From NCBI GenBank assembly GCA_037447435.1, contig JBBIGR010000021.1:1-64000 (forward strand): a DNA stretch of 64,000 nucleotides, read 5' to 3'. The position numbers and the translations under genes were made by a program. Each line of letters begins with the position of its first letter. Within the stretch, counting starts at the first letter, position 1. This document shows positions 18,963 through 27,527 of the stretch, in pieces. The notes below the pieces were generated by a model. The model saw only the letters and a program-made list of their open reading frames with translations. It was not told the DNA's origin and did not search any database. This DNA comes from Fibrobacteria bacterium (lineage in GTDB: Bacteria > Fibrobacterota > Chitinivibrionia > Chitinivibrionales > FEN-1185).

Positions 18963-20273
18963 ATGAATGTTGCAATTATCGGTGCAGGCATGGCGGGCAT
19001 GGGGGCCGCGTATTATCTGCAAAGCAAGCAAGGCGAACTGCCGTTATCGGTCGAGCTGTTTGAAAAAGAAACGCGGCCGGGGGGTATTTGCAAAACTGAG
19101 AGAAGCGGCAAATTTCTTTTCGACTATACCGGACATCTCATCCATTTTAAAGACCCGGGATTTCGAGAGCTCGTGTCCGGTCTTCTTCACGATGATTTCA
19201 ATTCCCTTGTCCGAAGCTCTTGGATATATTCCCATAACGCATTCACCCGGTACCCTTTTCAGGCTAATCTGTACGGACTGCCCCCTGATGTCATCGTCGA
19301 CTGCCTGTACGAGTACAGCAAGGAATATTTCAACCCGATCAAAAATCCTGCGGTTACCTATGAAGATTGGATCCTTTCGCATTTCGGCAGCGGAATCGCG
19401 CGGCATTTCATGATGCCCTACAATGAAAAACTTTACAAAAGGCACCCGCGCGATCTGGCAGCCGACTGCGCCGGGCGTTTTGTCCCTGACTCCGACCTTA
19501 AACTTCTGATAAGAGGCGCGTTATCGGACTCCGAACCGCAGCTTGGGTACAATGCAACCTTTTTATATCCTAAAACCGGCGGAATCGAGACCCTGAGTTC
19601 CGCGCTGGCCTATGGACTCGGCAACATACATTTGAGTTCGGATATTGTTTCGATTCACCCGGAAACTAAAACAATGGTTACCGGCACAGGAGACAACATT
19701 CGCTACGATGCGCTTATATCGACTCAGCCTATTACGCACTTAATTTCTTCAATGAACGGAGTTCCAAAAGCCGTTATGGATGCTGCAAAGCAGCTTTCCC
19801 ATGTTTCAGTGTTCAATTTGAACTTAGGCGTCAAGGGATTGACCGGAACCAAGCATTGGCTCTATATTCCCGAGCCAAAGTATCCTTTTTATCGTATCGG
19901 ATTTTACCACAATTTCTCCAAGGATCTTGTTCCGCCCGGACACGGATCGCTCTATATCGAAGTTTCCTATGATCCGATCGAAGGAATCGATGCGGCAGCC
20001 ACGACTGATAAAATCATCTCCGATATTATTGCCATCGGTATACTCCCGAACAGGGAATCCATAGTGACACAGAAAGTCATCAACGTTCCGTTTGCTTATG
20101 CAATTCACGACCGGCAGCGTCAACGATCGCTCGATGTTATCAATGAATACCTTCATGCACAACTTATTTTCTCGGTTGGCCGATTCGGCTCCTGGGGATA
20201 TACATCGATGGAGGACTCTTTTTTACAAGGAAAGAATGCCGCCGAGCAAATAGTAAAGCGGATCGCCGTTTAG
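18963..20273 (+). CDS. FAD-dependent oxidoreductase (HemY-like / UDP-galactopyranose mutase-like clade)
   Basis: IIGAGMAG Rossmann motif, E...GG.C, FDYTGH, PYNEK, FLYPKTGG, GRFGSWGYTSMED. Confidence 0.75.
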   Translation: MNVAIIGAGMAGMGAAYYLQSKQGELPLSVELFEKETRPGGICKTERSGKFLFDYTGHLIHFKDPGFRELVSGLLHDDFNSLVRSSWIYSHNAFTRYPFQANLYGLPPDVIVDCLYEYSKEYFNPIKNPAVTYEDWILSHFGSGIARHFMMPYNEKLYKRHPRDLAADCAGRFVPDSDLKLLIRGALSDSEPQLGYNATFLYPKTGGIETLSSALAYGLGNIHLSSDIVSIHPETKTMVTGTGDNIRYDALISTQPITHLISSMNGVPKAVMDAAKQLSHVSVFNLNLGVKGLTGTKHWLYIPEPKYPFYRIGFYHNFSKDLVPPGHGSLYIEVSYDPIEGIDAAATTDKIISDIIAIGILPNRESIVTQKVINVPFAYAIHDRQRQRSLDVINEYLHAQLIFSVGRFGSWGYTSMEDSFLQGKNAAEQIVKRIAV

Positions 20274-20307
20274 ATACATCAACAAAGCAACAAACAGGAT
20301 AGCTGTT

Positions 20308-21384
20308 ATGGATCTACGAAGTTTCATTGCCGTGCTTGAACAATCGGGAAATCTGAAACGGATTTCGCATGCGATCGATTGGAAATATGAACTCGGGGCG
20401 TATTGCCGGAGCCATCCGGAGCCATTGCTCTTCGAGAATATTCTCGGCTATGAGGGGTTCAGTTTATTTGCAAACGGTCTTTGCAACCAGACGCATATCG
20501 CCCGGGCATTATCGCTTGACCCGCTGGTATCAAGAAAAAAGCTGATCTCCGCAATACGGGACCGCCTGAAAAAACCCGAAACGCCGGTGACCGTCGCGAA
20601 GAGCTCGGTTTTCGATAATTCGCTTGACGACCTGCCTGCACTACCGTCACCGTGGTGGCATCAATCCGACGGCGGACGATACCTGGGCACCTGGCATGTA
20701 AACGTGACGCGCGACCGGGATACGGGAATACATAATTGCGGAATTTACAGAATGCAATTGATTGACAGTCGCACAAGTACCGTTTCCGTCTCACCAAATA
20801 GCCACCTGGCCCTTCATTTCGCCAAAGCGGAAAAAGACCAGCGCCCGCTCGAAATGGCCGTATGCATCGGCGTCAGCGAAAGCCTAATTATGGCCTCGGC
20901 TGCCGCGTTTCCGATGTCCGCGTGCGAATATGATTTTGCCGGCGCTCTCGAACAAAAGCCCTTTGAGCTTATTTCATGCAAAACGATTGACCTCAAGGTG
21001 CCTTCTGATGCCGAATTTGTCATCGAAGGCGTTATCCGGCCAGGTGAACGTGTCACGGACGGGCCGTTTTTCGATTACGCCGGAGTACCGAATGTCAATC
21101 CAAACGCCCTGGTGTTCGAAGCAACGGCATTATGGCACCGGTCTAATCCGATTTTCCGCGGTTGCGCAGTCGGCATCGCCGGCGCCGAAGACCATCAGAT
21201 TTTTTCGTTTCTGGCGCCTTTGGGACTCGTCGATTTTCACGGCTCACCCGTCCGCCAGACCGCGCAAAACTTCCTTCTTCGCAACAAACTGTTTTCGGCT
21301 TTGCAGTTATTTACCAGGGCCGGGCATCTGCTTCATGGAAAGCATCCGAAAAACGATATTGCGTCGGGCAAGGTAGCATCATAA
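20308..21384 (+). CDS. UbiD-family prFMN-dependent decarboxylase, short form (358 aa)
   Basis: DLRSFIAVLE, PLLFENI, DGGRY, NCGIYRMQ, VPSDAEFVIEG, DGPFFDYAG. Confidence 0.85.
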   Translation: MDLRSFIAVLEQSGNLKRISHAIDWKYELGAYCRSHPEPLLFENILGYEGFSLFANGLCNQTHIARALSLDPLVSRKKLISAIRDRLKKPETPVTVAKSSVFDNSLDDLPALPSPWWHQSDGGRYLGTWHVNVTRDRDTGIHNCGIYRMQLIDSRTSTVSVSPNSHLALHFAKAEKDQRPLEMAVCIGVSESLIMASAAAFPMSACEYDFAGALEQKPFELISCKTIDLKVPSDAEFVIEGVIRPGERVTDGPFFDYAGVPNVNPNALVFEATALWHRSNPIFRGCAVGIAGAEDHQIFSFLAPLGLVDFHGSPVRQTAQNFLLRNKLFSALQLFTRAGHLLHGKHPKNDIASGKVAS

Positions 21385-22370
21385 TGAGCCTTGCAATACC
21401 AGCTGCTTCGATTTTAGCCGTGGCCATTGCGTACTTGGTTATCCGATCTTTACGGAGCAGAGTAAGCGTTACGCATCACACCGAGTGGTCGATCGGCATT
21501 TACACCGGCAATTCACCGCTTTCGCTCGGCCCCGATTTTAAAACCGCGGAAAAGGGATACGTCCTTTCGGCTGCCGACATATCCGATGTCAGGGCCCGCT
21601 TCGTCGCAGACCCTTTTTTATTCCGAAAAGGGCCTCAATGGCATCTGTTTTTTGAAGTGTACAATATCGGCGCAAATAGAGGAGAAATCGGTCTTGCAAC
21701 AAGCACCGACGGTTTCCATTATTCCTATGAACGTATTGTACTTTCCGAACCGTTTCATGTTTCTTATCCGTATATTTTTGCCCATGAAGAAGCAATGTAT
21801 ATGGTTCCCGAAAGTGCGGAAGCAAAATCGATACGCTTGTATAAAGCCGTTCAATATCCGTATTCCTGGACATTTGTCAAAGAACTCGTCAAAGGATCGT
21901 ACTGCGATTCATCGATATTCAATTTTCAAGGCAAATGGTGGATTTTTACCTGTTTTGAACCGTCTCACGATAAAAGTCCGGAACCGCGCCATAATGATCT
22001 CCACCTCTTTTTTGCCGATTCTCTGCAGGGTCCATTTATCGAACATCCCAAAAGCCCTATTGTCAAGGGCAACGCCCATGTGGCCAGGCCCGGCGGAAGG
22101 ATAATTCTGTTTGATGGTAAAATCATCCGTTTTGCGCAAGACAGCCAACCGACCTATGGAAAAAGTCTTAATGCCCTACAGGTCACCGTACTCACGGAAA
22201 CCGATTTTGAGGAACAGGCTTTGGGAGTCAATCCGATTCTCACTGCAAGCGGTAAAGGATGGAACAGACACGGCATGCATCATCTGGATGCACACGAGCT
22301 TGAAAACGGTACATGGATCGGATGCGTGGATGGGTATAGAAAATTTTATTCGATTCACCTGGAATATTAA
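21384..22370 (+). CDS. Membrane-anchored five-bladed beta-propeller protein (GINT1 N-terminal / GH43-32-like)
   Basis: N-terminal hydrophobic helix; FVADPF, LFFE, FHVSYPYIF, YMVPES, ARPGG, QDS, GMHH motifs. ATG overlaps the UbiD stop. Confidence 0.7.
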   Translation: MSLAIPAASILAVAIAYLVIRSLRSRVSVTHHTEWSIGIYTGNSPLSLGPDFKTAEKGYVLSAADISDVRARFVADPFLFRKGPQWHLFFEVYNIGANRGEIGLATSTDGFHYSYERIVLSEPFHVSYPYIFAHEEAMYMVPESAEAKSIRLYKAVQYPYSWTFVKELVKGSYCDSSIFNFQGKWWIFTCFEPSHDKSPEPRHNDLHLFFADSLQGPFIEHPKSPIVKGNAHVARPGGRIILFDGKIIRFAQDSQPTYGKSLNALQVTVLTETDFEEQALGVNPILTASGKGWNRHGMHHLDAHELENGTWIGCVDGYRKFYSIHLEY

Positions 22371-22421
22371 AACGGATATGAATGAACTGATATAAAAATC
22401 TGAGTAAGGCAGGGAGGAATT

Positions 22422-22988
22422 ATGAAACGATTGATTATTGGAATTACCGGAGCTTCGGGAGCCATTTATGCCACGTATCTTCTTGCCGCCATACGGGAGT
22501 CCGTGGAATCGCACGTGATCGTATCGCCAGCCGCCGAACAGGTGCTTCGGCTAGAATGCGGTAAAACCCTTGACGATATCAATAAATTGGCCTCGTTTAC
22601 TTACAATTATTGGGACATAGCGGCAAAACTGGCGAGCGGAAGTTTTAAAACCGACGGCATGATCATAGTTCCGTGTTCCATTAAAACCCTTTCGGCGGTA
22701 GCGAATTCTTTTTCCGAATCTCTGATTGTCCGCGCCGCCGATGTTACGCTAAAACAAAGACGAAGGCTTGTTCTTGCTATAAGAGAAACGCCGTTACATG
22801 CGGGGCACATCGATCTTATGCAACGGGTATGTTCGATGGGCGCGGTGGTCTTCCCGTTATCACCGGGATTTTACTATTCACCGGAATCGATCGAAGACCT
22901 TGCAAACCATATTGCAGGTAAAATCCTTGACCTCTTCGACATAGAGAACGCCACGTTCAAGCGATGGGAAGGCAAGCCTTCCGTTTGA
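22422..22988 (+). CDS. ubiX: Flavin prenyltransferase
   Basis: GITGASG, ASGSF, PCSIKTL, RAADVTLKQRR, RETPL, PGFY. Confidence 0.93.
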   Translation: MKRLIIGITGASGAIYATYLLAAIRESVESHVIVSPAAEQVLRLECGKTLDDINKLASFTYNYWDIAAKLASGSFKTDGMIIVPCSIKTLSAVANSFSESLIVRAADVTLKQRRRLVLAIRETPLHAGHIDLMQRVCSMGAVVFPLSPGFYYSPESIEDLANHIAGKILDLFDIENATFKRWEGKPSV

Positions 22989-23098
22989 AGGATTTTAATT
23001 CTATTTTTATCCGGCTGAAATTTCACTGCAAGGCGACGGTACCCATGCCTCATTGGCCCATGTAATAATTGTTTTTTAATACGGCTCACATAAGTGCA

Positions 23099-24721
23099 TT
23101 AAATCACCCTGTTTCTGAGATATCGGATTTTAGGAATGTCCATGCTGAATCTCTTGATACCAATTGCGATAAATCGCGGTAGGACATCCAAATTCGAGGC
23201 CATTTCCCCGCATACGGTCAAGTCCTTTCCGCATGCAAATGCTGCCGAAGCGACGTTGTCTATAGCGTCCCACAACAAGGGCGACTGCAAGATGTTTTCG
23301 TCATGATCAATTGCGGTTTCTCGGTCTACATGCAACAGCGATTGTATTAAATCATTGGTCCCCAAACAGGCAAAATCCGCAGTATCAAATATTTCCCTGG
23401 CATCATCGACCGCCGATGGTTGCTCTATCATGGTGCCGTGCTTAATCTTTGCCGACATTTCTTCGCCCACAGCATTTGTAAATGCCCTTTTCAGAAGCAA
23501 AAATTGTCGAGCGTCGGAAACCATAGGATACAATACCCGTACCGGCCCGAACAAAGACGCCTGGGCAATCGCAATCGCCTGAGTTTCCAATAATTCGGGC
23601 CTCGAAAGGAGAAATAAAGCACCGAAGCAGGATGGCCCCGCGTTCCCGCCGCCGGATCCGAACACATTGGCAGCTTTGTCTGCTGAAACGTCCAATAATC
23701 TTATGGTGACCGGAAACCCCATCATGGCGACAACGACGCTGCGGTATCGTAAGAATTGTTCCTGTTTCGACAATAGTTTATTGTCGAATATGAATTCGAA
23801 CTCGGTCCGGTACAAACCGATTCCCTCCGCACCCGCAGCAAGTGCGGTTATGGCGTTTTGCGAAAGACTGAGATTCGCCAACAACTTTACATTAGAGAGG
23901 TCAATGGTTTTGTCTCGCACGGGACAAACCCTGTTAACCGGTTCTCTAAACATTTTCCCATTGCCGCCGCGGACGATGGTTCCATTTTTACCATCAATAA
24001 CGGCAAATTCATTTTCCGGCAATTCCTGACGGATGTTTTCTATACCGGCAATTGCCGGTATTTGAAACGCACGGCACAAAATCGCCGCGTGAGACGTCGG
24101 TCCGGCAAATTCGCAAACAATACCGCACACTTCGGTATTTTTCAAATCAAGAACAAGTCGCGGTGTAAGCGTCTCGACGACCGCTATCGATTTTCCGTCT
24201 TGCACGATTCTCGGGCACAATACGTTCGCTGTTCCGCACGGTCCCTGCGCACTGTCCAACGCGTCCAACAGGCTCGATTGCAATTCAAGCAAATCGTCGG
24301 CACGCTCACGCAGGACAGCCATATTTCCTTCGATTAACTTTTTCCGAAACGATTCAAGTACCGTGGCAATCGCCCCTCCCGCATCAAAAAGTTTTTTTTC
24401 GATGTGTTCCTGAAAAGCGCTCAAAAGCATCGGGTCGTGGAGCATTTCTCTAAATGCAACAAACATCTGAGCGTACGATTGGCCCAACCGGTCCATTACT
24501 TGACAAATAGAATTTTCCATGACAAGACTGACGATTTGCACTGCCTGGCGCATTTTCGCCACTTCGCCGGCAATCATTGAAACGGGTATGCCGGTATGCT
24601 GCGGAAACGGCCTGGGTGAGCCGACGAGCACATGCCACAATGATCCCTCTGCGCAACCTTCGGAAAGCGGTACTCCGATGAATTGGTGGTAATATACCGA
24701 AGCTGCTTTTTCCTGTTCCAT
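23099..24721 (-). CDS. PEP-protein phosphotransferase (PTS enzyme I-like), divergent
   Basis: GPTSHAAILCR phospho-His, GIGLYRTEF, MIEQP, GTNDL, VCGEMAS. Confidence 0.8.
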   Translation of the reverse strand: MEQEKAASVYYHQFIGVPLSEGCAEGSLWHVLVGSPRPFPQHTGIPVSMIAGEVAKMRQAVQIVSLVMENSICQVMDRLGQSYAQMFVAFREMLHDPMLLSAFQEHIEKKLFDAGGAIATVLESFRKKLIEGNMAVLRERADDLLELQSSLLDALDSAQGPCGTANVLCPRIVQDGKSIAVVETLTPRLVLDLKNTEVCGIVCEFAGPTSHAAILCRAFQIPAIAGIENIRQELPENEFAVIDGKNGTIVRGGNGKMFREPVNRVCPVRDKTIDLSNVKLLANLSLSQNAITALAAGAEGIGLYRTEFEFIFDNKLLSKQEQFLRYRSVVVAMMGFPVTIRLLDVSADKAANVFGSGGGNAGPSCFGALFLLSRPELLETQAIAIAQASLFGPVRVLYPMVSDARQFLLLKRAFTNAVGEEMSAKIKHGTMIEQPSAVDDAREIFDTADFACLGTNDLIQSLLHVDRETAIDHDENILQSPLLWDAIDNVASAAFACGKDLTVCGEMASNLDVLPRFIAIGIKRFSMDIPKIRYLRNRVI

Positions 24722-25104
24722 TAACCGGAATTCCTTTCAAACACGTCGTTCTCGTTTATTATCGATAAAAGAGTTTGAAATGAAACCGGTTTTGCGAGAA
24801 ACCGGTTTACTCCTATTTTTTCTGCTTCAAGACGTTCGGGTTCTCCATCATAGGCAGTCCATATATAGGCCCGAATAGTATTATTATAACGCCGGGCGGT
24901 TTTTATGATTTCATACCCTTCATGACTGGTTAGGCCTTCCATGTTTAAATCTGAAATTAAAACATCATAATGCTCGCTTGAAACTTTACGCAAGGCAGAT
25001 TCCAGCGAATTCGCCGTTTCAACGCTAAAATCATATGTCATGGAAAGCTTTTTAAACGCAAAAAGTAATGCGTCGTTATCATCAACCAAAAGAACTTTTT
25101 TCAT
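24721..25104 (-). CDS. Stand-alone response-regulator receiver
   Basis: VLLVDD, ISDLNM (phospho-Asp), WTAY, FLAKP. Confidence 0.88.
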   Translation of the reverse strand: MKKVLLVDDNDALLFAFKKLSMTYDFSVETANSLESALRKVSSEHYDVLISDLNMEGLTSHEGYEIIKTARRYNNTIRAYIWTAYDGEPERLEAEKIGVNRFLAKPVSFQTLLSIINENDVFERNSG

Positions 25105-25261
25105 CGGATTTCCTTTTCAAGGATTAGAAAGTATATCGCCGGTTTTGTAACTCGGCTTTATACTGTTTACGCCGATACCATTTTTATCCATTTCATGCCC
25201 ACCTTCCATTTGTCCAAGAATAATGTCCTTTTTCACCTTGTTTCGCTTTATAGATAATTGG

Positions 25262-25277
25262 AGCAATTGCAAGGCCA
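25262..25277 (-). promoter_or_regulatory. Putative sigma54 promoter for the receiver / EI-like pair
   Basis: Minus strand TGGCCTTGCAATTGCT, GG-N10-GC. Confidence 0.55.
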
Positions 25278-25379
25278 GAGATTCTGCAAGTCACAGTCTC
25301 AAAACCCAATGAATTTATTCTTGATTTTGGGAAGGTTTTTCTTATATCCGGGAACCGTTGTGGCGTTTTTGCCACATCT

Positions 25380-25402
25380 CTATTCATATGGCGCCTCGCA
25401 GA
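25380..25402. repeat. 23-bp direct repeat of the tRNA-Phe 3' end (second copy 25552-25574)
   Basis: CTATTCATATGGCGCCTCGCAGA occurs at both positions, 172 bp apart. Confidence 0.9.
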
Positions 25403-25518
25403 CCGCGAAGCAGAGCTGAAGGCACCGCGATTACAACCGGATGTACGCCCCAATGAGCAGCCTGTAACCAACTGCGGCAGTCCGGAAGGACTGACGGCAG
25501 TTCGATTGTACCATTTTC

Positions 25519-25550
25519 AAAAAAAGCCTACACTGTGAAGTATAGGCTTT
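25519..25550 (-). terminator. Intrinsic terminator after tRNA-Phe
   Basis: Minus strand AAAGCCTA-TACTTCACAGTG-TAGGC followed by a T run. Confidence 0.7.
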
Positions 25551-25560
25551 ACTATTCATA

Positions 25561-25633
<73 letters not shown>

Positions 25634-25715
25634 ATTACAATCGTGAAAGAATGCTTAAAAATATATAAATATCGGCAAAAAGTAAAGAATGTTTCAACGG
25701 ATTCCGATGTTTTTT

Positions 25716-26132
25716 TTAAGCGCCTCTAATTCTTCGGATATACTCGGAATCAATAACAAAAAAATCGAGCTTCTCGAAAAATTCCCGCAAATTGAAAACG
25801 TTGAAAAAGTCATCCACTCTGTCGGATTCCTGTTTCGACATTATACCTACGTCAATCATGTTGTAAACAATGTATCCAAAATCGTTTGTCGAAGAAATGC
25901 CCCATTTTTCAAGGACCTGCATACTTAATAGGCCGAATTGCCTTGCGCAATACTGGGCCAATCCCATTGCGAGCTCGCTTCCGGAAACATGCCTGCGTTC
26001 ACCCGATAGAGCCAAATAATACTCAAGCCCCTGTAAAACAAAGGCATAGGCCTCACATTGGTACCGAGAATCCCTTCCCGATTCGATGATATCTTTTCTT
26101 ACTTTTTCAAGAACCCCTGCGTCTTGAACCAT
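25716..26132 (-). CDS. Minf_1886-family uncharacterised protein
   Basis: Y..EAYAFV..GL, HVSG.EL, QFG.L...VL..WGI..T.DFG.IVYNMI pattern. Confidence 0.7.
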   Translation of the reverse strand: MVQDAGVLEKVRKDIIESGRDSRYQCEAYAFVLQGLEYYLALSGERRHVSGSELAMGLAQYCARQFGLLSMQVLEKWGISSTNDFGYIVYNMIDVGIMSKQESDRVDDFFNVFNLREFFEKLDFFVIDSEYIRRIRGA

Positions 26133-27507
26133 TGTCCAGTGCCTTTACCTCTGTTAAAGGAGTTTGAGGAGCAACATGCATATCGAGTGGGAAACAGCCT
26201 AATTCCCCAACAAACCGAAACGATAAAATCGCATTACATTCCGTTTTCAACACACAAAAACAGACGCTGTCTTCACTGGCAACATTCCGTTTGCTCGGCA
26301 ATACAACCGTTTGGGGATTGACGAATCTGCCGCATTTAGTCATGCGATAATCCAAATGAGGACCTGTCGCAAGACCTGTTTGTCCGACATAACCGATGCA
26401 TTGTCCCTGCACTACATGCGCTCCGGCATGAATATCACGGGCAAATGCCGATAAATGCCCGTACGAGGTTTCAAAGGATCCGCCATGGGTAACGGTAATG
26501 AAATTGCCGAACCCGCCTTTATACCCTGCAAATGCGATTTTCCCGTCTGCCGCGCTATAAACCGGCGTTCCGACAGGGGCGGCGTAATCTATCCCCAAAT
26601 GCGGCCTGACAATCCCTAAAACAGGGTGAAGCCGATGCAGCGAGAATCGGGAAGAAATATGATTGAAATGAAGCGGCGCTTTTAAAAATTCCTTTTGCAA
26701 AGATTTCCCCGCGGCATCAAAATATTCCATTGCGCCGTTATTGCTTTTCATACCGAAGGCATTAAAACAATGCCCGTTATTGACATATGTCGCAGCCAAA
26801 ACGTCTCCGTAGCCGATAAACCTGCCTTCCGCAAATTTCTTTTCAAAAAGGATTTCAAAAGAATCCCCTTTTTGCGGATCGACGAAAAAATTGATGTCCC
26901 AGGCGAAAATATCGGCAAATTTCGAAACGCAGGCATCGCCAACCCCTAAATCGAACAAATCCTGAGAAAGGGAAGAAGACAAAAGTCCTCTGACCAGGCA
27001 ACGTTGAGTCGTGATGCTCGCATTTGTCTTGCTGGCATGGACTTTACTATCGTTTATCGATATATGATACCATTGCTGCAACCGGCTGAGGACAGAGAAA
27101 CCCGACATGGCGCCGGTACTTGACATTTTCAAAACGCATGAATCGCCGGGAAACAAGGACGACAGCCCCAACGGTTTAAGCGCCTTATGAAAGGTCATTG
27201 CCATTTCCGCAGGTGCGCCATGTTTCGACAAAATGCTTAAAAACGTGTCGCCGGGCTTGACAACATACGAAACCAGGCGCGTATATGTTTCTAAAGGAGA
27301 AACATTATCGGAAGCAGGTTTTGCCGATACCTCGCCATTTTCGGGTTTTTGAGTCCGTATGCCGCAAAAGTACCACCACAAACAACTTGCCGCAATCACA
27401 AAAAAAAGCCGCAGAACGATCATCTTCGCTCTGCGGCTTTTCGTCTTTGTTTCCCGGCTTTTTCCTTCAACATCAAAATCGTTTGTACGCTCGATTTTTT
27501 GTTTCAT
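26107..27507 (-). CDS. M23-family peptidoglycan DD-metalloendopeptidase
   Basis: TM anchor, VKPGDT, HLGIDYAAP, YGHL, ATGPHLDY. Confidence 0.92.
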   Translation of the reverse strand: MKQKIERTNDFDVEGKSRETKTKSRRAKMIVLRLFFVIAASCLWWYFCGIRTQKPENGEVSAKPASDNVSPLETYTRLVSYVVKPGDTFLSILSKHGAPAEMAMTFHKALKPLGLSSLFPGDSCVLKMSSTGAMSGFSVLSRLQQWYHISINDSKVHASKTNASITTQRCLVRGLLSSSLSQDLFDLGVGDACVSKFADIFAWDINFFVDPQKGDSFEILFEKKFAEGRFIGYGDVLAATYVNNGHCFNAFGMKSNNGAMEYFDAAGKSLQKEFLKAPLHFNHISSRFSLHRLHPVLGIVRPHLGIDYAAPVGTPVYSAADGKIAFAGYKGGFGNFITVTHGGSFETSYGHLSAFARDIHAGAHVVQGQCIGYVGQTGLATGPHLDYRMTKCGRFVNPQTVVLPSKRNVASEDSVCFCVLKTECNAILSFRFVGELGCFPLDMHVAPQTPLTEVKALDNGSRRRGS

Positions 27508-27527
27508 GAAAAAGTCGTTCGATCGGA

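Noticed and set aside
13928..20273. Reading hemA-hemB-'hemY' as an ordinary heme operon
   Set aside because: No hemL/C/D/E/H in the window, the genes are interleaved with a ligase and glycosyltransferases, and the HemB lid is altered. A housekeeping role cannot be fully excluded without the rest of the genome.
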